Assembly: GCF_964204645.1 (NCBI RefSeq)
Contig: NC_134032.1
Location: 7,800,275 to 7,864,274 of the forward strand
Length of the DNA: 64,000 bases
Direction: 5' to 3'
From: Tubulanus polymorphus
Taxonomy: Eukaryota > Animalia > Nemertea
Shown: positions 24,791 through 36,743 of the stretch, one piece after another
Numbering within the stretch: the first letter of the stretch is position 1
Layout: every line of letters begins with the position of its first letter
Translations under genes and position numbers: made by a program
The notes under the pieces: generated by a model
The model's database searches: none
The model's input: only the letters and a program-made list of their open reading frames with translations
Told to the model about the DNA's origin: nothing

Positions 24791-27168
24791 GGAGATGAAA
24801 TACTGATACTGATGCATGGTTATAGTTGGAGTTTGGGGTAATTATACCAATTCAATGGAAACCCGTTTGAACATTTTAACGCATTAGAAAGGGTGCTAAA
24901 GTAATTAAAACCCACCCCATGTCAATGTCATGTGGGGAGTGACAATAAACACCTCGAGGCATGGGCGTGTTCACCTCGCAGACTAGCATACTAACTTAAT
25001 TTTCCGCTAGATGGCAAACATGTCGAAGGTGGCTGCTCTAACTGCACTTGGGCATGGGTAGGAGCTGTCATACAGTCGTTGAAATTCCCGATGGCGGAAT
25101 TTTTTTGAAATTCTTTTTTTGAAAAAATCGTTTTTTCAGGCGTCGGGATTTTCTTTTTTAATGTTACATGGAATGGGTTTTAAATTATCATTGCTATTAC
25201 TAAGGTATCTCAATATAAACCTAAATTTGTGGTGTTCTATGGATTTTATACATCTAAATCTTAAGATAGTTTTAGATTGGGTTTAGATTGCATCTCATTT
25301 AAGGACTATCTGTTCTGCATTGGCCTTCTCACGCAAAACATTCTGATAACATAATTCATTGACTATTTTGCATGAATGCTTCGTTTATTATGGCGTAATG
25401 GAGTTTTAGTCCCATTACGGCGGAATATACATGAATTTTCACGAAAACGAAAGTGTGGATTATAATAGTATGCCGGTGTTGATCTTGTTGTTTTGCTCGA
25501 CTCCTCAGATCCAGAATGTTAGAAATAGTATATCATCAATAAGAATACATGACGATACTTATCAAGATGGGCGCATGGTGCTGAATAAATACAAGTCTTT
25601 CTTTAATGCATTACGATACCAGTAGGACGATATCTAAATCGTATCATTGCATTTAGAGCAGGCTTAGACTGCGCTTACCACGAATCAGGTTGCCCGGACT
25701 TATCGTGGATTATGTCCCGGACGAAATAGTCTCGAATTTTCCCTATTCCAATTCACCAGCTGTCGATGGACTCAACTTTGGCTCCGAGTGTTACTGAAAT
25801 ATTCTTTCGATTGATTGATAAATACATCTTTATCAACCAATGCGTGTTGACGTCGGGTGGAGGGCACTTTATGATTATACTCGCGTTAACTTGCTTGAAT
25901 TAGATTCGACCTCCGTAGAAATAAAACTCGGCTTCTTACTAGAGTGTAATTACGCGATGATTTGAAAAGTTTTTTGACGCCTTATAAAACGTTACCATTA
26001 TGAAACCTAAACAATGTTAACCATTCAGCGTCATTTTACAAACGACAGCCGTAAATCGATGTGCAAAACGTCACAGGTTTATGTGTACACAAACAAGCTA
26101 TCTGGCAAAATATTATTGACGTAGATGTAGAATGGCTTCCTGTGATTATATAATGACCTATATTTGAACGTCGAAATGTTATATTGCATTAAATATCATT
26201 AGAAGACGTATTGTAATAGTAAAGGATGTATGATTAAATCAGAAGCGGCAGGCATAAATAGAAATGATAAGTAAATCGGATTATTCGGTTAAATGGCGGA
26301 TGTATACACGATGCGGAAGTCTGATATAAAAGTCAGACCCTGACGTGGGCATGCCGGTGGAATGACGAAGCTATCTACGATGTGTGTAGGGCCGGCGTGA
26401 ATTTCATCAGCGGCTACAAGCGGTCAATATGAAAATGTGTAAACATATAATTTCAATATTCAAACGTTTTAGAAAATATGTTTGATATTAGGAGTATGCA
26501 AGTTTCGTGAGATTAGCAATTTATAATAGCATAGCTGTCATATACGGCTCCATGTCCTCTGATGACATGTGTATAAGGTGACAATTCAATTCAATTCTTT
26601 ATTGATCCTTATTACATTGATATTCCGGGATAAAATTCCCAAATTCAATAAATACAAATTTTAAAATAAATTAATACAACATACATGACACACGGGTAAT
26701 TCATACAGAACAACATAAGCATGTTATCTTAAATGACAATGTCTACTTCAACCCACCCAGACTCAAGACTCTAGGATATCGAGTGACAGCCAAACCCGTG
26801 GCCGGGGACCGGGCCGGCTGGCTAGGCCACACGATATGCTCGAAGTCATGATGAAGCAGACATCAGAAGAGCTCTTTCTTCATCCATGGAGGCAATGAAG
26901 TTGCAGACCAGCTTAGAGGCATAAGTAAATGAAGTCGGTCGCTAGTTCGCGATCAATTATTGAGAATTTTCAATAAGAAAATTTAAACCACTACTAGAGT
27001 CGAAGACCTGTATCATCTACCCAATCGCCAAATTTCATCATTTCCCAAATTTCTTAAAACTTCGATTTCAAATTTGCAATTCCACATTAGCTTAGCTCAG
27101 AAATTCTACATTTTTTTCCCAGGCGTCAAATAATTTTCTAAAATTAATTTTCTTGTTTATTATTTCAG

Positions 27169-27365
27169 TGGCGTTTCTTATAGCTTATGCTTCTGCTGAA
27201 AATCTGGAACTAGACAAAGAGGTTATCGATACAACATGTGTTGAAAATGGAGGTATTAAGAAATTATGCAGGAGAATTGGTATAATAAGTGGACAATGCT
27301 GGACCGAAAGATCTGAATGTTATGGAAATTGGTACAAAGATTACATGGACGAATTTTTCGAATAG
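27169..27365 (+). CDS. Secreted 4-Cys peptide B2, last exon (..AFLIAYASA|ENLELDKEVIDTTCVENGGIKKLCRRIGIISGQCWTERSECYGNWYKDYMDEFFE); start exon unresolved
   Basis: Phase-1 acceptor tatttcag at 27168. Clear paralog of B1 (TCVENGG..KLC..IGIIS..C.T....CYG). TATA box (24489) and exon-1 donor (24571) are conserved. Confidence 0.75.
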
Positions 27366-30300
27366 AAATCTAAAAAACCGTCATTATCGCGATTATCATG
27401 ATTCTTTGATATAAAGACGCCTGTTGCTTGAATTTGACTAATTGAAGTTGTTTCTTTATACATGCATTTCTTCGACGTTCGTGACTTATTGGACAACGAC
27501 AATAAGCTTGTCTAACGTACCGGTGGACATACCTATAGCGTTATCCCGGATGAATTGAGGAAAAAAAAACGACTGGTGAAAGTCGTTTGATGCTAGTTCA
27601 TTCATTTTCAAATAGCAGTAGTATTGTATCACCACTAAGCAGTAAGCCTAAACTGCACTTGCCCTTTATTGGATCAGCCTTTAGGCTTTTGGATGCCCTT
27701 TCATGTAGGACTGGTGTTGGCAAAACAACAATATACAAATCTTGTACATATATTGATATATAACCTAACACTAATATTGCCACGAGCCGATTGCCTCTGA
27801 TTGTCGCATGTTTCTGACAAAACAATCTTGAATTTTCCTACTAACGGTTTTTGCAATGATGGACCCGACATCGCAACGACTGCCTAGAAATTATTTTGCT
27901 CGGAGATGTATTGTGTCCCAAGAGATTCGAGGAAAGCGGTGGCAACTTAACTGATAAAAAAATGTTACAAAAACAAATCTTTAGTAACCATGCCAAGTTT
28001 TCAGTTTGCAGAGGGCACACTCAAGCAACACCAAAAAAGAACGACAATGCTGATAAGCTTATTCTACACTATTGTGCTCAGTATTCTTCTGCTGGCGTTT
28101 TAGCCCGGGCGTTTAGGTGTTGTATATTTGTAAAACTTGGGTCCCCGAAATTTATGCCATTGCCTTGGAGTGTCTGGTAGCTTGGTAGCTTTTGGTACGG
28201 CCGGTGGTGGCGCGCGTATCGCTATGCGTACTAAGTATAACATCGACGGTAATATAATTGAAGACATCTGCGCGATGTTGTATCCGCTACTTGCTTATAA
28301 ACTGAGAGGGCGATTGTGTCATTCGATAACCAACCGGAACCGGTAATAGTGATCGCCAACGATGCCGTCAATGACATCTCCCACCGCCTGACTATGTCGT
28401 AGAGTAATCGCTGCCTGTTTATAAAACGACAAAGAAATTAATGGAGGAAAAAGCTATATATATTGTTTAGTGACGTTTAATTTTCACTGGAAATCTGGAA
28501 ATAGTAGATGTAATATTTGATAATTTATAGTATAAGTTTTACACAGTCGATGTTAAAATCTTGATCTTGAAATTGTTTGCTTTATTGAGGTTATTCCGAC
28601 CCAAATCATCCGTTTTATCCATGAACAAAAACTAACTTTATAGTATAAAAAAGTGCATAGTCAAAGGTTTTTCCTCGGATTTCAAAATGATATCCGTTGT
28701 AATGTTTTGAGGAGCTGAGAACAAAGGACTTCAAACGCACAAATATGTCGGCAATATGACACCATTGAGACAACACACATTCTTGTCGGAAATAGGAAAT
28801 CATTCAGGAATCCTCGTTGTCACTTCCGTGGTAAACAATCCGTGGTTTGAGCTAAGACTGGTTTCTTGCCGGAACCGAAATTAATTCGAATTTCGTACGC
28901 ACTTAGATTCAGACGGAAGTTTTTTTTTTAATTCGACCGACCATCCAACTTAAAATTCAACACGACTCTCGAATAAGAATCAAATTCCCTGTTTCTACCA
29001 CGACGGGTGTGACTGGTGAGTTTGTAAGTTTGTAAAACATCGATGGGAGATACGCTTTAGAAACTCGACGTAGCTCTGTCCCCGTGCCAGAAGAGCGACC
29101 CCTTACTCACATGCTCCTAGAAAATAAATGCAATCGAACTGATTTGTGAATGAAAATTAATCATTTTCGGATGTTTAATCTGAGAATTACCTGTTTTTAT
29201 TTCTCAAATACAATACGTTTTCAAATAGCATTTTCAATTCTATAAATAATCAATATTGATATGAATAGAATGAATAACATGTAGAATAAACCAGCAGTAT
29301 TAAATAACTCTTACATTTAATTTGTCCCTTAACAGTCCCCGTTTGCAAGAATTTCCATAAAAATTGGGATCTGGAATTCAAAAAAGCAATTTGGATATTT
29401 TTCGAATATCAACCGAATAGCCAATAGATACAATTCAGTTATCAAATACTAGTCAAATACCGGTCCTGGTCAACATACAAATAATAACCCACATCTAACG
29501 AAATGAATATAGGGATAAATTCCACAGAGGTTCATAGGGCCTTTCACCTCGAAATTGTCCTATCCTGCCCAGGATCCCTCGGCATGGATTCGAACCTGAT
29601 GGCATCGCTACACTCAGCCACAGCACGAACCCCTGCCACAGTAGACCGGATGCGCAGGTACATGCGCAGCTTTGCCGCACTAAAACTTGCGGCACCAACC
29701 AGATTGCTCGTTGTAGAATCGCCGGGGCAAACTTCACCGAAGAACTATAAACGGGAAAACCCGGGTTAAAATTAAACGGGATTTCTGAGTGGCTAATAAT
29801 GACACCACCTAATATGGAACGCCATCCTAGCAAAAACTCTACATCGCATTTTAACAACGTACTCGCAATCTTACAACCAACTCACAATCTTACAACCAAC
29901 TCGCAATCTTGTAGACTGGTCGCCTGTCCAATTCTGCGCCACCTGCATTCGCAGTCAGAATAGTACAGGTTTAACCCGTCCGCCATCTTCCACGGAATAT
30001 ACGGATCCAATCAGATTTCAGTATTTCATCACGTGAACAATGTAACATGGCCGCGCCAGAGTGTCTTGATTTACGTTAAAGGTCGTTTTTTACATCAAGG
30101 AAGAGAGAAATTCGATCAAAACTATCAGGTTACGAAAATATCGATATACATTTCAGGATGTCTCCGTTACAGCGCCGTCAAAATCTACCCTGTTCGAAGG
30201 AACGGTCGTCAATAGACAAGAACAACGAACTTGAGATGGAAAAACCAATCTCTTCTGACTGACAGTGACATACTGAACTGAACCAGCGATGCTGCTGAGG

Positions 30301-31106
30301 TCACGACACCGGCAATTTGTTTGTTCACTTAAGATGATTGATTGATTATTCTGAATATGACAATGGACATTACGAGTCAATTTCAGTCCAGTGTGGTGAA
30401 AATATTATTCGATACTGACATGTCCGTAACTTCACTTACTTCACTTCAATGTTTTTTTAAAACTTGTGAACAGTAAATAAATACTTATTTACAAATATTC
30501 TGTTGATTGTCTATTGTAGGTCAACTTTTAAGAAAGGTATCAAGGCCCTCAATTGCTGGATAAATTTTTGATCCCTGATCTGCCTTAGAGTTGATTTAAT
30601 CAGATAGACTTCAAATTGGCCTGATACTGGGTATCGAAAGGCTGAAAGGTAATCATTGCATCTATCCAGCAACAAAATAGTCCCAATTTTATTCTTAAGA
30701 AAATACAACATCCTGAAGAGAAGAGAACAAGGTCCATGCTTCATTGCTGCGTACCAATGTTGGTAAGTATTTCTATGATCTTAAGAACAATCCAGAATTC
30801 TCAATCACCATGAAACAGTGTTTAAAAAGCACAATTTGCAACGTTATTTCTTAGACTTCAAAAGAAAATTAATACACATTTCAACAAAAATATATATTAA
30901 GTCCTTTAACAATTGACTTAACAGTCCCCACGGTAAATGCATTTTATATCTGATGGGTTCAACTTATACTCACAAGCGTGATATAAAGTATAGAAAATAA
31001 AACGTAACTCTAAATTAAAAATTAGGGCTGTTTGGTAGTAATAATAATAGATAATTCAACAACTTGCAGATGAAAAGTACTCCACCAAAGAGTGTGTTAA
31101 ACAAAA

Positions 31107-32575
31107 CTAAAACTTGTTCAGGGGTTGTTTCATAACATCAATTTTTTCTTCTATTTTCTTCAAAGATTCATATTGTTTATTAATTTCAACAAGAAATCGT
31201 TCATTATAATCTCTTCTTGTTTCTTCACTTTCTCTTAACATTTTAAAAATCTTACTCTGACGATCTGTCATACGACAGTCTTTTCTCTTCTTAGAAGGAT
31301 TAGATGTAGCGGAGACCCTCTCCTTACTCGAAGAAGTACCTTCCGACTCTGATGTTTCGAAATCTGTATCTTCATATTCCTCATCACTTGTTCCATCAGT
31401 CGGTAAATTAGAAGCTGATAATACCGTCGGTCGACTGTTCGGTTTATCGGCTAGGTACTCATTTAGTTCATCGAAATACGAACATGTTTTCGGATCATTA
31501 CCCGTCTTATTATTGTGATCCCGTGTCTTTCTATAATTGTTTAACAAGTTTCCTCATTTATTTTTTATTTGGTCCCAACTGAAATGAAATCCCTTTTCAG
31601 CTAACAACGACGACATTTTTTCCCATATGCGTATTTAACTGTTTTTTTTGTCCTCAAATTTTCCACGATTCATCTGATGGAAGCTGGTCAACCAAAGTAC
31701 TGCAGCGCTTGGCCATTCCCTTGATTCTGAAAAGAAATGCAGAAAATAAACACATAGCAAAATTTCTTTGAGGCCTATTTCGTAAGACGGATAACACATG
31801 AAGGAAAGCTAAACAAGAAAAACTACAATAGCTAAGAAAGAATGATTGATATGTAAGACATATTTATCAATACTTGTGGTGGTACACTTACGAGAAGATT
31901 CTGCTGGTGTTTCATCAATCCGTGAAGATGCTGCGGGAGTATGAGTATGACGAGGACGAATCAGAGGTGTAGATGTTGCTGGTGTATGAGTATCTCGAGG
32001 ACGAATCAGAGATGTAGATGCTGCTGGTGTATGAGTATCACGAGGACGAATCAGAGATGTAGATGCTGCTGGTTTATGAGTATCACGAGGACGAATCAGA
32101 GATGTAGATGCTGCTGGTGTATGAGTATCACGAGGACGAATCAGTGATGTAGATGCTGCTGGTTTATGAGTATCACGAGGACGAATCAGAGATGTAGATG
32201 CTGCTAGTGTATGAGTATCACGAGGACGAATCAGAGATGTAGATGCTACTGATGTTTCATCAGTCTGAGGAGAAGTAGAAGTGGAAGCTAGAGAATCTGG
32301 AATATCTTGTAGACTATTATGTTTGTAACTCTCAACCAAACAGCTGATAATCTCAGCATCTACAAAAGAACATAAATGATTAAAATGAACCAGCAGAATT
32401 GTTGAGCTTTCTCAACTGCGTACTGTCCAAATTGATTTTTTTTGCCATATACCACGATAATTTTGAATGAAGGCGTACTTACCACCAGCTATTGCCTTTG
32501 AATAAGTTGGCAGATCTAGCGTGAACGATACCATCACGCCATCTATTTCGATTGAAAACTCTCTGTTATACGACC
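31107..32575 (-). pseudogene. Second Harbinger-type Myb/SANT-like gene with in-frame stops
   Basis: REWPSAAVLWL...IWEKMSSLLAEKGFHFSWDQIKNK*GNLLNNYRKTRDHNNKTGNDPKTCSYFDELNEYL. Spliced. A Harbinger-like end lies at 33082. No transposase was found nearby. Confidence 0.78.
31925..32250. repeat. 45-bp minisatellite, ~7 copies, encoding (AASTSLIRPRDTHTP)n on the minus strand
   Basis: gagtatcacgaggacgaatcagagatgtagatgctgctggtgtat repeated head to tail without spacers. Confidence 0.95.
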
Positions 32576-32929
32576 TACAAAAGGTGAATCAACAATATAT
32601 TGCCTTATCTTCATCCTTTGAATATCATGTATATAAGTCAAGTGCCGCTCTCATTATGAATTGTAAAATGCCACAATTGTTATAACGACTAACCAAAGTC
32701 AAAAGGCTGGAGAATGTCGGAAGGAACGGGATAAATTGAAGTGACATTATTGAATGGACCCTACTACCATGTTATTCTTGCGTCTTGTCGATATAAAATG
32801 TATCATCTATGATATATAAATATATTAGGCCTAGCGCTGGTGCGGTTTAATGGGAAATTGATCAAAATATCGCCTCAATCCACTCTAACTGTCTGCATCG
32901 TGAACGCCGCCATCTTTGAAATCGAATCG

Positions 32930-33082
32930 CCAAATCGCTCGCGGAGCGAGTTGGTCGATCGCAAAATCGATCGGAAAATCGTGTTCGTAAAAACGCCGAT
33001 CGTGAAATCGATCGCAAAAATCGGTGCTCGTAAATGCGTTTCTCCGATCGATCGCAAAAATCGGTCGCTCGTAAAAACGCCT
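32930..33082. mobile_element. Harbinger right end with GATCGCAAAAATCG subterminal repeats
   Basis: Ends in cgtaaaaacgcct and is a reverse-complement match to the start of the 36744 MITE. Confidence 0.7.
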
Positions 33083-33641
33083 TGAATTTCTTACAGTATG
33101 CCGTCATCGTACACCAGGTGGCGCTGGGGTAAATTTTTATCATGTTATCCCGCTTCATATTTCGTAAGAAAAACGACTGCGACCAGTCAGATCTTATTCC
33201 TAATATATCGCGTATTCGACCCATTCGTGGACCGACATTTTTTCAGGACGGTGTCGTAAAAATTCCCGCCTGCGGCCAAAAGACTTTTTCAAAAACAAAC
33301 TCGTTTTGCAGACGATCAGATTCGACCGAGTGACTAGTCAGTAACGTTGTCTGATGCCAAGTTACAAAAGCCTTATCTAATACCAAGGAATACTAATACC
33401 TAATCTAATAATAATATCTAATACCAATACATAGGTACCAACATACATATTGGCAGTCAGTCGAAATTGGTCTTATTTTAGAATGTAGACGTTTCTTATT
33501 AATGATGCCAACGCCACCTGAACCTTTCTTCGAAAACCGTTTCCTCTTTTTAAAATGAGCTACATAAGAAGCGGGCAAATATAAGAAAAATTCACCCCAG
33601 CGCCACCTGGTGTACGATGACGGCTTACTGTAAGAAATTCA
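33083..33641. mobile_element. MITE with ~56-bp TIRs
   Basis: tgaatttcttacagtatgccgtcatcgtacaccaggtggcgctgggg / ccccagcgccacctggtgtacgatgacggcttactgtaagaaattca. Confidence 0.85.
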
Positions 33642-34566
33642 GCGTTAGTTTTAAGATTGCGAGTTGGTTGTATAATATTGCGAGTTGGTTGTATGGTTGC
33701 GAGTTGGTTGTATACTATTGCTAGTTGGTTGTTAGATTGCGAGTACGTTGTTTAAATGCGATGTAGGAGTTTTTGCTAGGATGGCGTTCCATAGCCTACT
33801 GTCCGTGTAGCTGCGCACTCGGTCTAGTGTGGCAGGGTTTCGTACCGTGGCTATCTCGATGCCATCAGGTTCGAATCCCTTCCTGGGAGGATGATCCTGC
33901 CTCACATGCTCTTTAGAACGGCCCGATCCTCCTTTTACCTTATATGTATTTGCATAATTAGTTTGTAATTGGAGAACACATGATATTTACTTAGAATTTA
34001 GCATTTGTAACTCGAAAACCCGTGTTGTATATATTATAATTCGACAGTTTTATTCATTTGATTTACTTGTAAATATCTGCTAAAGAGGGGATATGATCTC
34101 GAAAACTTCCAAGTTAATTGACCGTTTTTACTCATTAGAAAGTGAAGTGAATATATCTTAGTCGCTTCTATGGATATTTGGTAACTATCGTGTTTGCTTT
34201 TCACTTTTTCCAAAGCAAGAAAAAAACTATACACAGCGAGATCCGGACAGTTCCATTTAGGTCTAACGAGAAATCCCCGAAAGCTTCAACTTGTCGATTG
34301 CCGTATGTAATGAAATATCGTCACGGGACCATGAATGAACGGGACCATGATATATCTTTATTTTCTTTTTAACCCATATTTCACTTTATCCGTCGGAACT
34401 TGGAACGAAATTTTATGTTGATTAACAACTGATTATTGAATCGTTATCCTCCGCTGGGAGTTTGCTTCAACGAGAAAATCTTAATTTCCCGCAGATTATT
34501 TGAAAATGAATAAATATAAGCACTGCTATTGCGATTTATCTGCTAAATAGGGTTACAACAGTGAGT

Positions 34567-35688
34567 TCATGATTGTTCACTAATGCGACCATTGCTTTTA
34601 CAAGAGAAAGCCAACCTAAGTTGTCGTCGGAATCGACGTCTCGAGGCACAGTAAATAAAGAAATTGGCGTTCGCTATTAACATTCGCAACAACATGTGAA
34701 CGCCGTTGAGGTAGCGTGCGGCACCCGCGGCCAGTACAGATTTACCAAAAACCGCTCTTATTAGATTAAAAATGGCCGCCTGTATCGTGTAAGTTTTCTT
34801 GATTACGTACAAAATCGAAATGATTATCAACGTTCGCGTAAGGCTACGATCGGCTCCGGTCCGGTGCGGAGCCATCGTCGTTGTCCTCGAAATAGCTGTT
34901 CGCGCCGCACCCGCTGATCGCAACGTCAGCACTAACCGTATCGTGATCGCCGCCACGGTTATCATCGGTACAATCGTGAATACGGGCCGCAGGAAAAACA
35001 CTGTTAAATATTTCACGTGTACGTTGTGTATGAACGGCTTGTATTTTATCGCCCAGCGTTCGTGCCCGGTGCACGGGTTTATCGAATGTCGCGTCGTCTG
35101 TTGGAAAAACAGTCTCGTGTTCGGGGCCGTCGAGAGCAACAGACACGCGACCATCGCGATGTTGCTCCGTTTCGTCGTGATTAACCTCGTGGCTTTCAGC
35201 GGCCAACAAACGACGATGTACCGATCGACGGCGATCATTAAAATGATTACGTCGACGTATCCGGCGCAGACGGTGCGAATGTTCCGCGTGAACGAGAACG
35301 CGCGTTTAAAATCGTGGTTGAATCGCACGGTCATATCGAGCAACAGCGAGTGGCTGTAGAGACCGTTCGGAAAATCGAACACGATGTATAATGCGCAGAC
35401 GCACGCGTCGATGACGGCTAAACATCGCAGATAGAAATCACTGCTGTTAGAAGACGCGCGGTCTTTCACGTTCAGTAAAATAACGAGCGATAACGAATTA
35501 GTCGTCACTCCGCAAATAGCGAAGCCCGTTAGTACGTAATTTATTGCTTGGTAATACGTGTTTATATGAAACGGTTTATAATCGGAGTGGTGGATGTATC
35601 TGCATCGCGAATGCGGTCGAAATCCTCCTCTCGCTGTGGTTGTATCCGCGTCAGATGACACGTTGAGAGCCGATCGGTTGCTGTCCAT
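34567..35688 (-). CDS. Class A GPCR, FMRFamide/sex-peptide-receptor-like orphan, single coding exon (~373 aa)
   Basis: LAVID (TM2), AVDRYIVVCWPL, TIVP (TM5), NFFIY (TM7) and N-terminal sequons. A splice acceptor just upstream of ATG 35688 suggests a 5' UTR intron. Confidence 0.92.
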   Translation of the reverse strand: MDSNRSALNVSSDADTTTARGGFRPHSRCRYIHHSDYKPFHINTYYQAINYVLTGFAICGVTTNSLSLVILLNVKDRASSNSSDFYLRCLAVIDACVCALYIVFDFPNGLYSHSLLLDMTVRFNHDFKRAFSFTRNIRTVCAGYVDVIILMIAVDRYIVVCWPLKATRLITTKRSNIAMVACLLLSTAPNTRLFFQQTTRHSINPCTGHERWAIKYKPFIHNVHVKYLTVFFLRPVFTIVPMITVAAITIRLVLTLRSAGAARTAISRTTTMAPHRTGADRSLTRTLIIISILYVIKKTYTIQAAIFNLIRAVFGKSVLAAGAARYLNGVHMLLRMLIANANFFIYCASRRRFRRQLRLAFSCKSNGRISEQS

Positions 35689-36743
35689 AATAGTACCTGT
35701 GAATTTTAGTCGAACTAAACACTGCAACTTCAACGCGTTCTAAGTTGAAATATATGTTTCATCATTTTGCAGACTTTTTATTTAAATTTGTGAATTTCCG
35801 TTCGTAATGGTTGTATCAGTTATCAGCAATTAGTCAGTAACTCTATCCTTAACGATATTTGTCCATATATTTCCCAGCCTGGTTCGTTCGTTGATGAGAC
35901 TAATTTGTATTTGTTCAATGGAATATGTAATATTCGCTTCCTACCTTATCCTCTCCCGGTAGGGATTCGAACCTGCAATCAGGTTCGAATCCCTGCCGAG
36001 GGAGGGATGGATGAGAATGACGAGAAGCCATCTGATTTTACACTCAGTGATTCTAAGTACGTAGTTATGTCCAAGTAAATATCAGTCTCTACAACGCGTA
36101 GCCCTTCTAGTCTATATACACCAACGACACCTATTGACGTGACAAGATCACGCGTCAATTAAGCACCTGCGGAACATCGATTGAAAACCAAAAGTTTTGA
36201 AATCTCGCGCGAGAAAACCAAAAGATTTGAATTCTCGCGCGAGAAAGCCAAAAACGGGCCAATATGAAATTTTTTTTATCGTTTCTACAGCCACACAAAG
36301 AATTTCTTTTTTATGCCCGAATCAGCCACCATAAAGATGAAATAAAACCTTTTGCAAGAAATGCTCACACCTGACGACCTGCGATTGAGTTGCCTTGGTA
36401 TCACCATCAGGCTGAAATCCTGCAATAAATGCCGAATCAAATCAAATCAAATTATATCTATTCTTTTCATTTCTTCACGTCATTGAAGCCGGAAGTCATT
36501 TGACCAGATAATTGATCCGTCTATTTAATAAGTGTGAAACAATTGATTTTTAATTGGGTGTGTCCTCGTGATGTCACCATTGATAATCAAAATTCGATAA
36601 TAATTTGAATAGATAAGAGGATGGGCACATGTCGTAGTGCAATTCGATGTTTTAGCAACTCGACAAAACACTTAACATTTGAGGCACGATTCGTAGAAAA
36701 GCAACAACATTTGAAAACCTCTAATTCCATCTACGAAATTTGA

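Larger units (their letters stand above)
19070..27450. repeat. Segmental duplication unit 2 (GPCR pseudogene + peptide A2 + peptide B2)
   Basis: Same gene order and orientation as unit 1, with homologous promoters, UTR exons and intron segments. Confidence 0.9.
29813..33793. mobile_element. ~4-kb composite region bounded by long minisatellite-containing inverted repeats
   Basis: tatggaacgccatcctagcaaaaact...(caaccaactcgcaat)n at 29813-29910 is the reverse complement of 33652-33793. No clean TSD was seen. Confidence 0.6.

Noticed and set aside
26450-26495. miR-190-like sequence (atatgtttgatatt) in a small hairpin
   Set aside because: It lies on the wrong arm, the loop is tiny, and the talin-intron context is absent. 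This is an AT-rich chance match.
28190-28415. GC-richer exon-like island with a minus-strand acceptor; checked as a possible third peptide copy
   Set aside because: No frame gives the A/B Cys pattern or any recognisable protein.
31925-32250. CRISPR-like regular repeat
   Set aside because: The units are contiguous with no unique spacers, there are no cas genes, and the context is eukaryotic. It is a coding minisatellite.
34799-35359. 186-aa plus-strand ORF, and similar ORFs overlapping the GPCRs, BEL and MITEs
   Set aside because: They are antisense or alternate-frame shadows of real genes or repeats, with no recognisable motifs.
35950-36005. tRNA-like GGTTCGAATCC motifs (also ~29585, ~33868, ~49810)
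   Set aside because: Only B-box fragments are present, with no cloverleaf. They are SINE-like remnants, not tRNA genes.
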